DNA of 64,000 nucleotides, taken from assembly GCA_026936335.1 (NCBI GenBank), contig JAPMXV010000050.1, positions 186,001 to 250,000 of the forward strand, in the 5' to 3' direction. Positions 24,507-34,998 of this stretch are shown here, piece by piece (positions within the stretch are counted from its first letter, which is position 1; every line of letters begins with the position of its first letter). The stretch is from Mantamonas sphyraenae STR306 (lineage: Eukaryota; Protista; CRuMs). Under the pieces are notes generated by a model. It was not told the DNA's origin. It saw only the letters and a program-made list of their open reading frames with translations, and ran no database searches. The position numbers were made by a program, and so were the translations under genes.

Positions 24507-25537
24507 TTACTCGCGCGATCCACGGCCAGCACCGCGGCCTCCGCTGCGCTGCTGCGAACGGTAGCCACCACGGCCAGCACCACGGCCTCCACCGTAGTTG
24601 GGCTTAAAGTCACCCTCGTCCTTGCCCTTGCGGAAGTTCTCGCCACCCTCCTGGCGCGGGCCACGGGCAGAGGCAACACGCGTCGACTTCTTCAGCGTCA
24701 TGGGGATCACGTCCGACGGCAGGTGCAGGAACTCACGCAGGTAGTCGATGCCCTCGTCTGTCAGGAACGCATACTTGTAGCGGAAGCAGTACGTCACACG
24801 CACGTACTTCAGGCTCTGTGTGAAGAGAAGGAGGCGGCCAGACGCAAACGCGCAATGTTGGCGCAAAATTGGGGTGAGCACATGCGCCCGTTTCCTGTCT
24901 CTCTGCTTCGTTCTCCTGCCCTCTACATCCTCCACCTCTATGCACTGATGTGTCTGCATGCATGGGTGGCCACGGTGTGTCCACGTCGCCTGGGTGCTCC
25001 TCCTCCACCCTCCCCAGGCACGTTTCCCTCCACCAGCCCCTTTTTGCATGCTGCCCACAACTCGCTCTCCTTTGCCCTCCTGTGTCCACCCATCCCTCCT
25101 TCCCTTCATCCATCACTCCCATCCCTCCTCCACCCACTCTCCATCCCACTCTCCAACCCGGTCTCCTCCACCGCCACTCTCCCTTTCACTCACCTCCAGG
25201 CGCTTCATCAGCATCAGCACGTGCAGGTTGGGGATCTCACCCAGCTGCTTGTGCGACTGCTGATGCACGTCGTGCTTGCACACAAGCACACCCTCTGTAC
25301 ACACCAGCCCATCCATCCATCCCCACACGTCGTGTCGTCACCCGTTGGTCCACCACAGCCGTTGTACGTCCATTCTTTGTGTCAGCCGCCTTGCATTTCT
25401 CCCTCTGCCCGTTCCTTTCGCCGCCCCTTCCTGACGCTCCTGCACCCTTTCCCACCCCTCGCAACGCCCTCCCCACACGCACCTTTGAACAGATAGCGGT
25501 AGACCAGCACACGCGTCTTCTTGGGAATAAGCACCAT
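24507..25537 (-). CDS. RPS10: 40S ribosomal protein S10 (eS10), copy 2
   Basis: Same exon structure and apparently the same protein as 15150-16183. Confidence 0.97.
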
Positions 25538-25634
25538 GTTGAATTCGGCTGCCGTAGCAAGCGCCCTTTTCCATTAACACACAACCCACAACCCACAGCA
25601 CAACACAACTCGCTCCTCAATGTCGTCCGCTCGC

Positions 25635-27782
25635 TCACGCCACATCCATGGCACTTCCGCTTCCACTGCTGCTACTGCTGCTGTTGCTTCCTGCGCTGCT
25701 GCCGCCGTTGCGTTGGCGCATCTGCACTGTTCGCAGCCTGTTGATGGCCGCCGCCAGGTCGTAGATTCGCGGACGTGCATAGTCGCCTGTGGCACGACGC
25801 GGGTTGACCACATCGAGACCCACCTCTGCATCAAAGGCCTCGTCAAGCTTGGTGAGCATCTCCTGCAGGGTGAGGGAGTTGTCCATCAGCGTGTCACGCA
25901 GAAAGATGATGGCATCGCCAATGCAGCGCACCTGCGATCGGTCCGTGAGCTGCTCAATGGCCCCAAGGTCGATTTCGGTCATGCCAAACCCAATGCTGCG
26001 GTCCTTGACCTTGATCTTTTCCTTGTTGCCACGGTAGGCGTTGAAGGAGCTTGCCACAGGGATGCGCTCCACAATGTCCACAAACTCGGTGTCTGCGTGT
26101 GCACTGATGTTGCTCGGGTTCTCCAGCGCAATCTGTTTGGCCTCCTGCGTCAGATCCGAAGCCGAGTACGAATCCATGGCAATCACACAGTCGGCCACGT
26201 CAAAGTACTCGCCTGCGCCACCAATCACCATGATGGTGCTCACGTTCAGCTTGTCTTTGATGTGTTCCACCCGCGAGATGAACGGTGTGATCGGCTCCTT
26301 GTCCTTGCTGATCAGCTTGGCCATCCTGTCCGATCGCAGCATGAAATTCGTCGCGCATGTGTCCTCGTCCAACAGCAGCAACCTTGAACCCATCTCCAGA
26401 CTTTCCAGAATGTACGCTGCCTGTGACGTCGACCCACTTGCGTCCGGTGTGGAAAAGTCGTCTGTGCGTTTGCCAAACGGCAGGTTGTCGATGAACGGCG
26501 TGATGTTCACGCCTGCAATTGACCGACCATCCTCGGCACGAATCTTCATGGCGCTGTCCACACACGAGACGAGCTCGCGGCCGTCACCGGGCACGTGGTT
26601 GTACACTCCCAGGGAAATGGCGTTGAGGAGGGTGGACTTGCCGTGGAAGCCACCGCCGACAATGAGGGTGATGCCTTCAGGGATGCCCATGCCTGTGACA
26701 CTGCCCTGGTTGGGCAACTCCACAGTCACCTCCAACGACGGCGGGCTGGCAAACAACACCGCCTCGTTCTTGCGCATGGGCTTGTCCGACGCACCACTCT
26801 CACGCGGCAAAAGGGCCCCATTGGCCACAAAGGCCACCAGGCCCAGGGAAGGCAGCTGTGTGCGCAGGTGCTCCTGGTCCTCCACGCTTTCCACGTGCGC
26901 CTGCAGCGACTCGCCGTCCAGCGAGGCATACATCAAACAATCACGCACCGCATTGGGGATACACTCGCAGCAGACGTAGGCGGCCATGCGACCCATGATG
27001 GTGCGTCCTCGTGCGGGCATGCCCACGGTGAAGCGGGCCTCGACGTAGTCCGCGTTGATGCTGATCGAAGTGCGTTGCAACACGTGCTGCGACGGCCGAT
27101 CCATGCTCAGGTCGCCTCCCTTTGCTCCATGCCAGCCTCCTCCGCCACTGTTCTGCACTTGGTCAAACTTGCGGTTGTGCAGGTAGTCGCAGGTGACGCG
27201 TGTGACGTAGTCCTCTGCAGCCACCTGTCGCACAAGGGTCTTGTACAGCTCGCTGGGGAATCCTGCCACGTCTGCAGGCACCACTGCACGGAAGCGTGAC
27301 GGAGCAGCATATGGATCCGACTGCACATAGTCGCACACCAGCACAAAGTCGCCAAAGTCGTAGCCCACCCCACGGATGTCGTTGTACGCCTTGTACGACT
27401 TGCCGTCCAGGTAGTTCAGTGTGTCACTCAGTGCTTCGCCCGTCGCGCTTGCTTGCGGTGCCTCCACACGTTCCAACGACGGAATTCTGCCTGTTGCCTT
27501 GCTCGTGTCCACCTGCTGGTTGTTGTTGTTGTCGTAGCTGTCGTAACCACCCCCACCACCTCCACCTCCATGGTGCCTTCCTCCTCCACCACCTCCTCCA
27601 TACTTGTTCTTGTAGTAGGCTCCTCGTCCACCACCACCACCTCCTCGGCCTCCGCCTCCACCACCGCCTCCTCCTCCTCCTCGGCCTCCGCCTCCACTGC
27701 GTCCTCCACCGTACTTGTTCTTGTAATAGTTTCCTCGGCCGCCTCCGCCGCCGCCGCGTCGATGATGTCCTCCTCCACTCAT
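25635..27782 (-). CDS. ABC-class ATPase (COG3044/PF09818, MRB1590-like) with Gly/RGG-rich N-terminus
   Basis: DYVQSDPYAAPS, MPARGRTIMG, LPRESG, Walker A GGGFHGKSTLL, HVPGDGRE, DASGSTSQAA, Walker B LLLDEDTCATNF, EPITPF, AAAINRLR; intronless. Confidence 0.92.
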   Translation of the reverse strand: MSGGGHHRRGGGGGGRGNYYKNKYGGGRSGGGGRGGGGGGGGGGGRGGGGGGRGAYYKNKYGGGGGGGRHHGGGGGGGGYDSYDNNNNQQVDTSKATGRIPSLERVEAPQASATGEALSDTLNYLDGKSYKAYNDIRGVGYDFGDFVLVCDYVQSDPYAAPSRFRAVVPADVAGFPSELYKTLVRQVAAEDYVTRVTCDYLHNRKFDQVQNSGGGGWHGAKGGDLSMDRPSQHVLQRTSISINADYVEARFTVGMPARGRTIMGRMAAYVCCECIPNAVRDCLMYASLDGESLQAHVESVEDQEHLRTQLPSLGLVAFVANGALLPRESGASDKPMRKNEAVLFASPPSLEVTVELPNQGSVTGMGIPEGITLIVGGGFHGKSTLLNAISLGVYNHVPGDGRELVSCVDSAMKIRAEDGRSIAGVNITPFIDNLPFGKRTDDFSTPDASGSTSQAAYILESLEMGSRLLLLDEDTCATNFMLRSDRMAKLISKDKEPITPFISRVEHIKDKLNVSTIMVIGGAGEYFDVADCVIAMDSYSASDLTQEAKQIALENPSNISAHADTEFVDIVERIPVASSFNAYRGNKEKIKVKDRSIGFGMTEIDLGAIEQLTDRSQVRCIGDAIIFLRDTLMDNSLTLQEMLTKLDEAFDAEVGLDVVNPRRATGDYARPRIYDLAAAINRLRTVQMRQRNGGSSAGSNSSSSSSGSGSAMDVA

Positions 27783-27861
27783 GTTTGTGGTGAGTATTCC
27801 TGTGTGTGTGTGTTTTGGTGGCGGAGGCGGCGCAGCCCGAAACACAGCTTTCCGACAACGC

Positions 27862-29890
27862 ATGCAAGAGGAATTCAACCACAGGGCACACCTGCTGATT
27901 GTGTACGGCAGCGAAACGGGCTGCTCGCAGGAGGTGGCGGAACACATGGCCCGCGAGGCCAAGCGCAGGCGCTTTACGGCTCGTGTTCAGTCCGGCGACC
28001 AAGTGGACGTCGCCAGCCTGCCCGACGAAGAGGCGGTGTTGTGGGTTTGCTCCACCACCGGCCAGGGCGAGGTGCCCGCCAACTTCAAGGTACGAAGCAA
28101 CCCGCAGCCAACCCGCGTGTGACATCCACTGACACCACCTGCCTGCATCATGCTTCCCACAGAGCCTCTGGAAGTTTCTGCTGCGCCGGTCGCTGCCAGG
28201 CGACTCGCTCAGCCGCGTGCTCTACGCCGTGTTTGGCCTGGGTGACAGCGGATACACATACTTCAACGTCACAGCCAAGAAGCTACACAAGCGCCTGGGC
28301 CAACTGGGAGCCCGTTCGCTGTGCAGTCTGGGTTTGGGCGACGACCAGCACGATCTCGGCGTCGACGGCGCCCTCGACCCGTGGCTGGACTCTCTGTGGA
28401 AGGCGTTGGACATCAAATTCCCCATGCACGAGGGCATGCAAGAGTTGGACGCCAGCACATTGCAGCCATCACGCTTCACAGTGCTGTATCAGCCACCTTC
28501 GGAAGCTGGAATGGACATTGAGCACCTCTCCTCGTCCTCCAACGGGATGTCCATGGTGGCAGTGGATGCAAAGGATGACACAGAGGCACAGAGTGGACGA
28601 GAACAGGGCTGGAGTGAGCGTCGACCGTGTCCGGCGGTACTGGAAGTGAACGATAGGTTGACGGCAGACGAATGGGAACAGAATGTGCGCCACCTGGAGT
28701 TTGCGGTGGATGTGGATGGGGAGGAGGCGGACGAAGAGGGAGAATCCAATGCGTTGGTGTTTGAGCCGGGGGATACGCTTGCATTGCGTCCGTGGAACAG
28801 TGAGGAGGCAGTGGACGAACTGTTGCAGGTTCTGGAATGGGATGGCGACCTGATGCTGTACGGTCTGCAGGCAAATGACACATACACACACGTTCCTGCG
28901 TTGGGAATGCCGTGTTCCCTTCGCACGCTGCTGACGCAGGAGCTGGACATTGCCCGTGCGCCGCGGCGCTTCTTCTTTGAGGCGCTGGCCCACTTTGCAC
29001 AGGATGACAACGAACGCGAGCGTCTGGAGTACTTTGCCAGCAGCGAAGGGCAGGATGAGATGTATGCGTACTGCCAACGTGAACGGCGGCCTGTGGCGGA
29101 GGTGTTGGCGGACTTTCCATCCGCTCGACCCACCTTGGAGTACCTGCTGGACATGGTGGGCACCATTCGTGCACGTCAGTTTTCCATCAGCAGCAGTGCA
29201 CATGCACACGCCGGACGCGTGCATCTCACCGTGGCTGTGGAGCGTGTGGTGACGCCGTACAAGAGGACGCGGCTGGGATTGTGTTCGTCGTGGCTGGCAG
29301 AACTGCAGCCAGGAACCCAGGTGGGGGTGTGGTGCAAGAGGGGCACCATGCGACTTCCAGACTCGTTGGACACGCCCATTGTGTGTGTGGGGCCAGGCAC
29401 AGGCTGCGCAGTGTTTCGCAGTTTCCTGCAGGAGCGTCAATGGCAACGGCGACAGCAGCAGCTGCAGAGGGAAGAGGATGGGCAAGAGGTGGAGGAGGAG
29501 GCGGCACACACATCCATGGACCGATTCTACTTTGGTTGCCGTCACGAAGCCATGGACTATCTGTACAGGGAGGAATGGGAGGCGATGGTGGAGGATGGAA
29601 CGCTGGGTGCGTTGAGATGTGCGTTTTCCAGGGACAACGCACAGGGACGTCGTGTGTATGTGCAGCATCGCATGCGACAGGACGGCAAGGCGCTGTGGAA
29701 GCTCATTGACGGCCATGGCGCAGTGGTGTACGTCAGTGGCTCGGCCAAGAACATGCCCCAGGATGTCAAGGAGGCTTTGCGACAGATTGTTCACGAACAG
29801 GGAGACATGTCCTTTGACGACGCCGTCCTTTACGTCAAGGCGATGGAGAAACGAGGGCAGTATCAAAGCGAGACGTGGAGCACAGGGTGA
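27862..29890 (+). CDS. NDOR1: NADPH-dependent diflavin oxidoreductase 1 (Tah18)
   Basis: YGSETG, CSTTGQGEVP, FGLGDSGY, GDDQH, RQFSISS, GLCSSWL, GPGTGCAVFRS, YFGCR, AFSRD, YQSETWS; intron 28090-28162. Confidence 0.95.
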
Positions 29891-29921
29891 GTGCGTGGCG
29901 TTGCGTTCCCTGGGCCAGCCA

Positions 29922-31301
29922 ATGCAATCCAAAACCACACCGCGGGTGGTGCATTCGTGGCTGCGTTGTTCGTTGCGTGCCACACGGTCGTCCATGGGCC
30001 ATGGCACGTGGCGGCGCGCTGCGTCGTTGCGAGTGATCCAGCCGACGTCCGGCTCTGCTTCCTCAAGGCCCCTTGTGGGCGTGCGTGGCATGCACACACA
30101 AACAATGGGGATGGGAATGATGCGACGCAGTGGCACAGACGCCGCACGCACACACATGTCGCCTTTGGTGTGCGCCGTGCGCGCAGAGGCGGTGCCGGGC
30201 GTGGTGCGACGCTGGTCGAGCGGAGGCGCGTCACGGCCTCTGAGCCAAAATACGGGCCAAGAGGGCGGACGCGTGGTACAACGGACATTACTCACGGCAG
30301 AGGGGCGACGTGTGCTGCTGTGGAGTATGGGTCTGGTGTATCTGATCACCACAGCGATCCAGTTTGGGGTGCGGAACCTGCTCGAATGGTGGGATGCGCA
30401 GGAGGACCTGCCGAATCTGCTGTGCAACACACGGCACCTGGCCGTACGCACGCTGGAAGGGCCTATGCAGCGTGTATTTGCCTCCTCGTTTGTGCAGGTG
30501 GGCGACACACACGTCACCATGCGTCAGTCGCATCAGCTGTTCAAACTGGACCTCAATGCCCTCACCGACCTCTTTGACAACATGACACAGCACACGTACC
30601 CCCGTCCCATTCTCACCATGTACGACTTTTCCGTCGTCATGCGCCTTCGCATGCTGATTGAACCTCGGATGCAGCTGGAAACGACCACAACGCACGCGCG
30701 AAGACATAACCGTGGGCCACAACACAAGCACATCGACGATCCATCATCGTCATCATCATCATCCAACCACAAATCAGAATCACAGGAGATGGAGGAGGAG
30801 GAGGACGCAGTAGCGACCACGGTTGGTTTGTCTGCGTCATCGGCCATGGAGGACGAGCTGCTGTCTTTGGATGAAGACGGGTTTTATGGCCTTGTGCCTG
30901 TGTCGTACACAAACATGCCAAAGGACATTGAAAAGCTGCTGTGCACGGCTATGGAACAGTCGCACTGGCGATCACAGCTGGGGCCTGCGCGAGTGGCGGG
31001 CCGCTTCCTCGTCCTCGAGGTGGAACTGCACAAACGCCTCTTTGGCGGCTTTCTCATTGTGTCCATGTCGCTGAGCAACGGCGCAGACAAGATTATGCTC
31101 ATGGAAGAGCCACGGCGTGTGTTCAAGCCACGTCCCAAGCCACTTGAGAGCACGGCGAGTCCTGAGGGGCCCGGCACGACTTCGGATTCCACCAACCTGC
31201 AAGAGTACACCCTCCTGCTACCCTCCCTGGTCGTATCTCTGTTTAATTTCGACGTGGAGGATCGTGTCTGGATGCGCACAGATGCACCTGAGGTCCAATA
31301 G
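29922..31301 (+). CDS. Hypothetical single-pass membrane protein, possibly mitochondrial
   Basis: Arg/Ser-rich acid-free N-terminus, one hydrophobic segment (VLLWSMGLVYLITTAIQFGV), long open frame; no family recognised. Confidence 0.55.
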   Translation: MQSKTTPRVVHSWLRCSLRATRSSMGHGTWRRAASLRVIQPTSGSASSRPLVGVRGMHTQTMGMGMMRRSGTDAARTHMSPLVCAVRAEAVPGVVRRWSSGGASRPLSQNTGQEGGRVVQRTLLTAEGRRVLLWSMGLVYLITTAIQFGVRNLLEWWDAQEDLPNLLCNTRHLAVRTLEGPMQRVFASSFVQVGDTHVTMRQSHQLFKLDLNALTDLFDNMTQHTYPRPILTMYDFSVVMRLRMLIEPRMQLETTTTHARRHNRGPQHKHIDDPSSSSSSSNHKSESQEMEEEEDAVATTVGLSASSAMEDELLSLDEDGFYGLVPVSYTNMPKDIEKLLCTAMEQSHWRSQLGPARVAGRFLVLEVELHKRLFGGFLIVSMSLSNGADKIMLMEEPRRVFKPRPKPLESTASPEGPGTTSDSTNLQEYTLLLPSLVVSLFNFDVEDRVWMRTDAPEVQ

Positions 31302-33760
31302 AGCGAATTGCCTATCCCAGGTTCCCACGCTCACGCTAAACAGCCGCACTGGCGTCTTGCGAGGCACGTTGACAATGCGCTGGCGCTTGTCGTGGACGTG
31401 GCCGAGGGCGTTGTCTTGCAGACGGCTCTCCCACGCGTCCAGAAGGGACAACTTGCGCTTGTGTGCGTTGTACCCACCGTGAGTGAAGGTGACGTGGCCC
31501 ATGGGCGTCTTGCCCGTGTGTGTGCGCCATCCCAAATTCTTGTCGTCGGCCAAAAGACGTGCAATGCCCGTGTGCGGGATGGCCCTTCCGTTGGGTAGCC
31601 TCACATGAGGCACAGGCGTGTCACGCAGTGCCTGGCGCAGAAAGGCCATGTGGGCGGCGCCGAAAAACTCTGCCAGTTCCAACACTTCATACCATAGCTT
31701 CTTGGCATCGGCCACCTGGAGTTCACCAGCCTGGAGGACGGCGTGCAGCTCCAGAGCGTTGTTCTTCAACGCTTCCTGCGAGGATTCGTTGACACGATCC
31801 ATCTGACCTGTGCAGACGAGCTGAAAGGCGGTGCGCATGGGTTGCAACAAACGAAACACATTGCCATTCAAACGATTGCTCTCACGCCACATGACGGTGT
31901 CTGCGTCCACCAGGGGCATGCACCGCGTGAGCAGATCGCGTTTGCTGTGCGACTCGCGCATACGAAAGTCCAGAACGCGCATGCGACCCTCGTGCACAAA
32001 GCGCACATAGTCGAGTTTGTGTTTGGCCATAGCCAGTGGCATCTGTGAACTGCCCATGACCTTGGTGCGTGCCACCAGGCCCATCTTTGCACTTTCCACC
32101 TCGTCCACATCGTCAGCGTGAGTGTCCTGCCTCAGCTGCACCGGTCCGTGGCTGCCCAGCAACGCACGTGCTTTGATGGTGTTTACAAACTCTCGTGTTT
32201 TGAGATCGTTGTGCAGCCTGCCCGCAAACGGATAGGTGTTGCCTTGCACACGCACGCCCTCAGGTTTGTCCACAGTCATTGCGGCGAGGTTGTACGCGGT
32301 GGCACTTGGCAGCGGGGCCACGTGCAGGCCACGTCGCGTGCGTGTCAGCAGCCGTGTGCTGCCCGATCGTGCCTTTTTGCTCTTCTTTTGCTGGTTGTTG
32401 CCATGGTTGCCCACGCAGCAGAGGAAGAAGCGTCCATTGCGTGCCACAAGAACATGTGACGCCGTCTCTTCGTCTGGTTGTGTCTGATCGCTGCTTCCAT
32501 GGCTGCTGGATGAGGATGAGGATGAGGAGGATGAGGAGGATGAGGATGATGAGGATGATGAGGATGATGAGGTGGCAGGGCCACGTCGCAGGGCCAGCCA
32601 GCAGGCATCGCCGCTGTTGAGAATGCGGGTGACAATGGGAAGACCGGCAATGTCGGTGAGGGTGAGTTGGTGTGTGCAAGTGATACGCATGCGACGGTGG
32701 TCTGCGTCGAGGCCTGCGCGTGGGTGGCATTCGCCGTGGCGGCTGGCCTTGCCCAGGTAGTGGAAATGCATGGTTTTGCGCATGCTGATGGGCGCGTGAC
32801 AGTCGCTGTCGTGAGGCCGCAACACAAGGTGCATGTGTTCCGAACAGGCGTTGGGCTGGTCTTTGCGAAGGGGCACATTCTGCACCGTCAACCTGCGCAA
32901 GCCCGCAGCCTGCACAGCAGTCTCCAACACTGTCAGGGACAGATTGCGTGGACGCGTTTGCACATGGTTAGCCGCAGCCGCCCTTGTGTCTCTTCGGGCT
33001 CCTCCTGCAGGACGCAGGTGCCCTCCAAAGCACTGAGCTTGGCCGCTCGCGTGCTTTCCACGCTCGTCACCCACACCGAACTCTGCTTGCACTGTGTGGC
33101 CATGTGTTTGGTCAGCACAGAGAGTCCTGCGCGTGTGAGACAGTAGGCAGAGTCGCCAGCAAAGTGGTTTTTGGCCAGGACGTGGACGGTGTGGAAGGCT
33201 GTGGGACGACCCCAGTTTTCGGCTTGGATAGCCATGCCCAGGATAAGCTCGCATGTGTCTCTGCATCTACACGGCGTCTGCTTGCCCTCGGTGATGTTTC
33301 CTTCGGCTGCGGAGATGCCACGTGCGTGCAGGGCCTGGACGAGAAGGGAGTGCGCTGCGCCGCAGGGCACAAACTCCTGCAGGGGCAGAAAGATCTGTTC
33401 TGCGTCGGCGTGGTTGAACACAGCCATCATGACGTTGACGTCGTAGGGAGCCACCTCGCTCAGCACTCGGATGGTGTTGAGCACAGCCTCCATGGCCAGT
33501 GCGTTGCCGCCGCGGTACACTCGCGAGTGCAACTTCTTCGGCTTGACACGCAGTGCGTCCGTCTCCACGCGCACCTCCACAATCTCCTGAGTGTTTGGCA
33601 CTTGTGTGCTCTCGATGGTCGTCTCTGCGCAGCAGCGCAGGTCCACCACAAACAGGATGTTGGTGGTGGTTGATGATGACGACGACGACGACGACGACGG
33701 CATGCCCAACGCAACAGGTTCGTTTTGGTTCGGATGTCGCAGCAGGTCGATGCCAAACAT
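31218..33760 (-). CDS. INTS13: Divergent Integrator subunit 13 / Asunder homologue
   Basis: Collinear resemblance to INTS13 blocks: ILFVVD (vWA strand), EAVLNTIRVL, LTVQNVPLRKD, SHVLVARNGRFFL, TRCMPL, LSLLDAWESR. Two ORFs joined by a 1-nt frameshift near 32950. Start could be 33703. Confidence 0.68.
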
Positions 33761-33775
33761 GACGTGCCCTCATGG

Positions 33776-34501
33776 ATGGACGACGTGTCCCACATTGTGT
33801 TTGACGTGACAGGCGTGCTGCGGGACTCGAGGGAGTCCATGGGCATCAGCATCGCCGCCGCTTTGGCGGAACACAGCGTGGAAGAACGTGTGCCGCACTG
33901 GGATGTGGACCAAGTGTGGCAACTGCGAGGCTACAACAGTTTCAATGGCCTGGGAAACGCCTTTGCTGCGCTCCTGGCCACAGGAGGCAAGCTGGAAGGG
34001 TTCCTGGATCGCGACGGGGCTGAAGAGGAATTGCTGCAGTTGTGTGCAGAAGGAGACTGCATGGAATTGGGCCAGAAACTGAAAAGCAGCTACCGGGCAC
34101 ACTTTGCCAGTCTGAAGGAGGGCGTGCCGCTGATGGCAGGGGTGCCAGAGGCGCTGAAACAATTGGGAGCACGGTTTCGCCTTGGTGTGGTGTCCAACTC
34201 CACACCCAAGAGTGTGGCACGTGACTTGGACGACGTGGCAAGTGAATTCGATTTGATTGTGGCGGATGCGTGCAAACCAGACACTCAGGTGTTTCTACAG
34301 GCGTTGTCGGAAGCCGGAGTTGAGCCACACAACGTCCTGTATGTCGGTGACGCCGTCAGTGACGTGACCATGGCCCATGCGGCGGGTGCCCACTCGTGCG
34401 CCGTGTTGGGTGGCATGGGCACCCGTGTCTTGCTGGAGGCCGCCCAGCCGGACCTGCTTGTCGACGATGTGCCTGCTTTGGCTGCGCTGCTGGCCCCATG
34501 A
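33776..34501 (+). CDS. HAD-superfamily hydrolase (phosphoglycolate phosphatase-like)
   Basis: Motif I IVFDVTGVL, motif II VVSN, motif III KP, motif IV YVGDAVSD, HAAGA. Confidence 0.85.
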   Translation: MDDVSHIVFDVTGVLRDSRESMGISIAAALAEHSVEERVPHWDVDQVWQLRGYNSFNGLGNAFAALLATGGKLEGFLDRDGAEEELLQLCAEGDCMELGQKLKSSYRAHFASLKEGVPLMAGVPEALKQLGARFRLGVVSNSTPKSVARDLDDVASEFDLIVADACKPDTQVFLQALSEAGVEPHNVLYVGDAVSDVTMAHAAGAHSCAVLGGMGTRVLLEAAQPDLLVDDVPALAALLAP

Positions 34502-34508
34502 GCACACT

Positions 34509-34979
34509 CTACAATGAGATTTCCACGTCGTTTGAACCCCCAGTTCCACTGTACACATCTTTGCCCGTCTTTCCTGCGGCTACGTTGCGTTGCACGCTGG
34601 GCAGGCGCACAATGCCGATCGATTCGGGCAGCTGCTCGCCCAGGGTTTCGAGTGTTTCGTGACGCACCAGCGTAAACGCAGGCTGGGCCTCCTTCAACTC
34701 GCTCACCTGTGCGTCAAGTTTTGTCCTGTGTTCCAGCCACGCACGCGTCTTTTCTGTGATGTTGTCCACGCCCGCCAGCTCGCGCGCCACCTTGCGCTGC
34801 CTCGCATTCGCCTTTTGCGTCTGGGACACCTTGTCGCTGATGCGTTTGACTGAGCCACGGAACTGCACGGCGGCAGCGCAAGACAATGGAGTGTGTGACG
34901 TGTGTCAGGGGGACAGAGAGAGAGAGAGAGTGTGTGTGTGTGGTGGTGGCTTGAGGGGTGGGGTGGGACAACCGACCAT
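34509..34979 (-). CDS. Hypothetical small protein, possibly mitochondrial (ATG-only first exon)
   Basis: ATG 34977-34979, GT-AG intron to 34863, then FRGSVKRISDKVSQTQKANARQRK...EISL*. Confidence 0.5.
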
Positions 34980-34998
34980 GCTTTGCTTTCGTTTGCAT

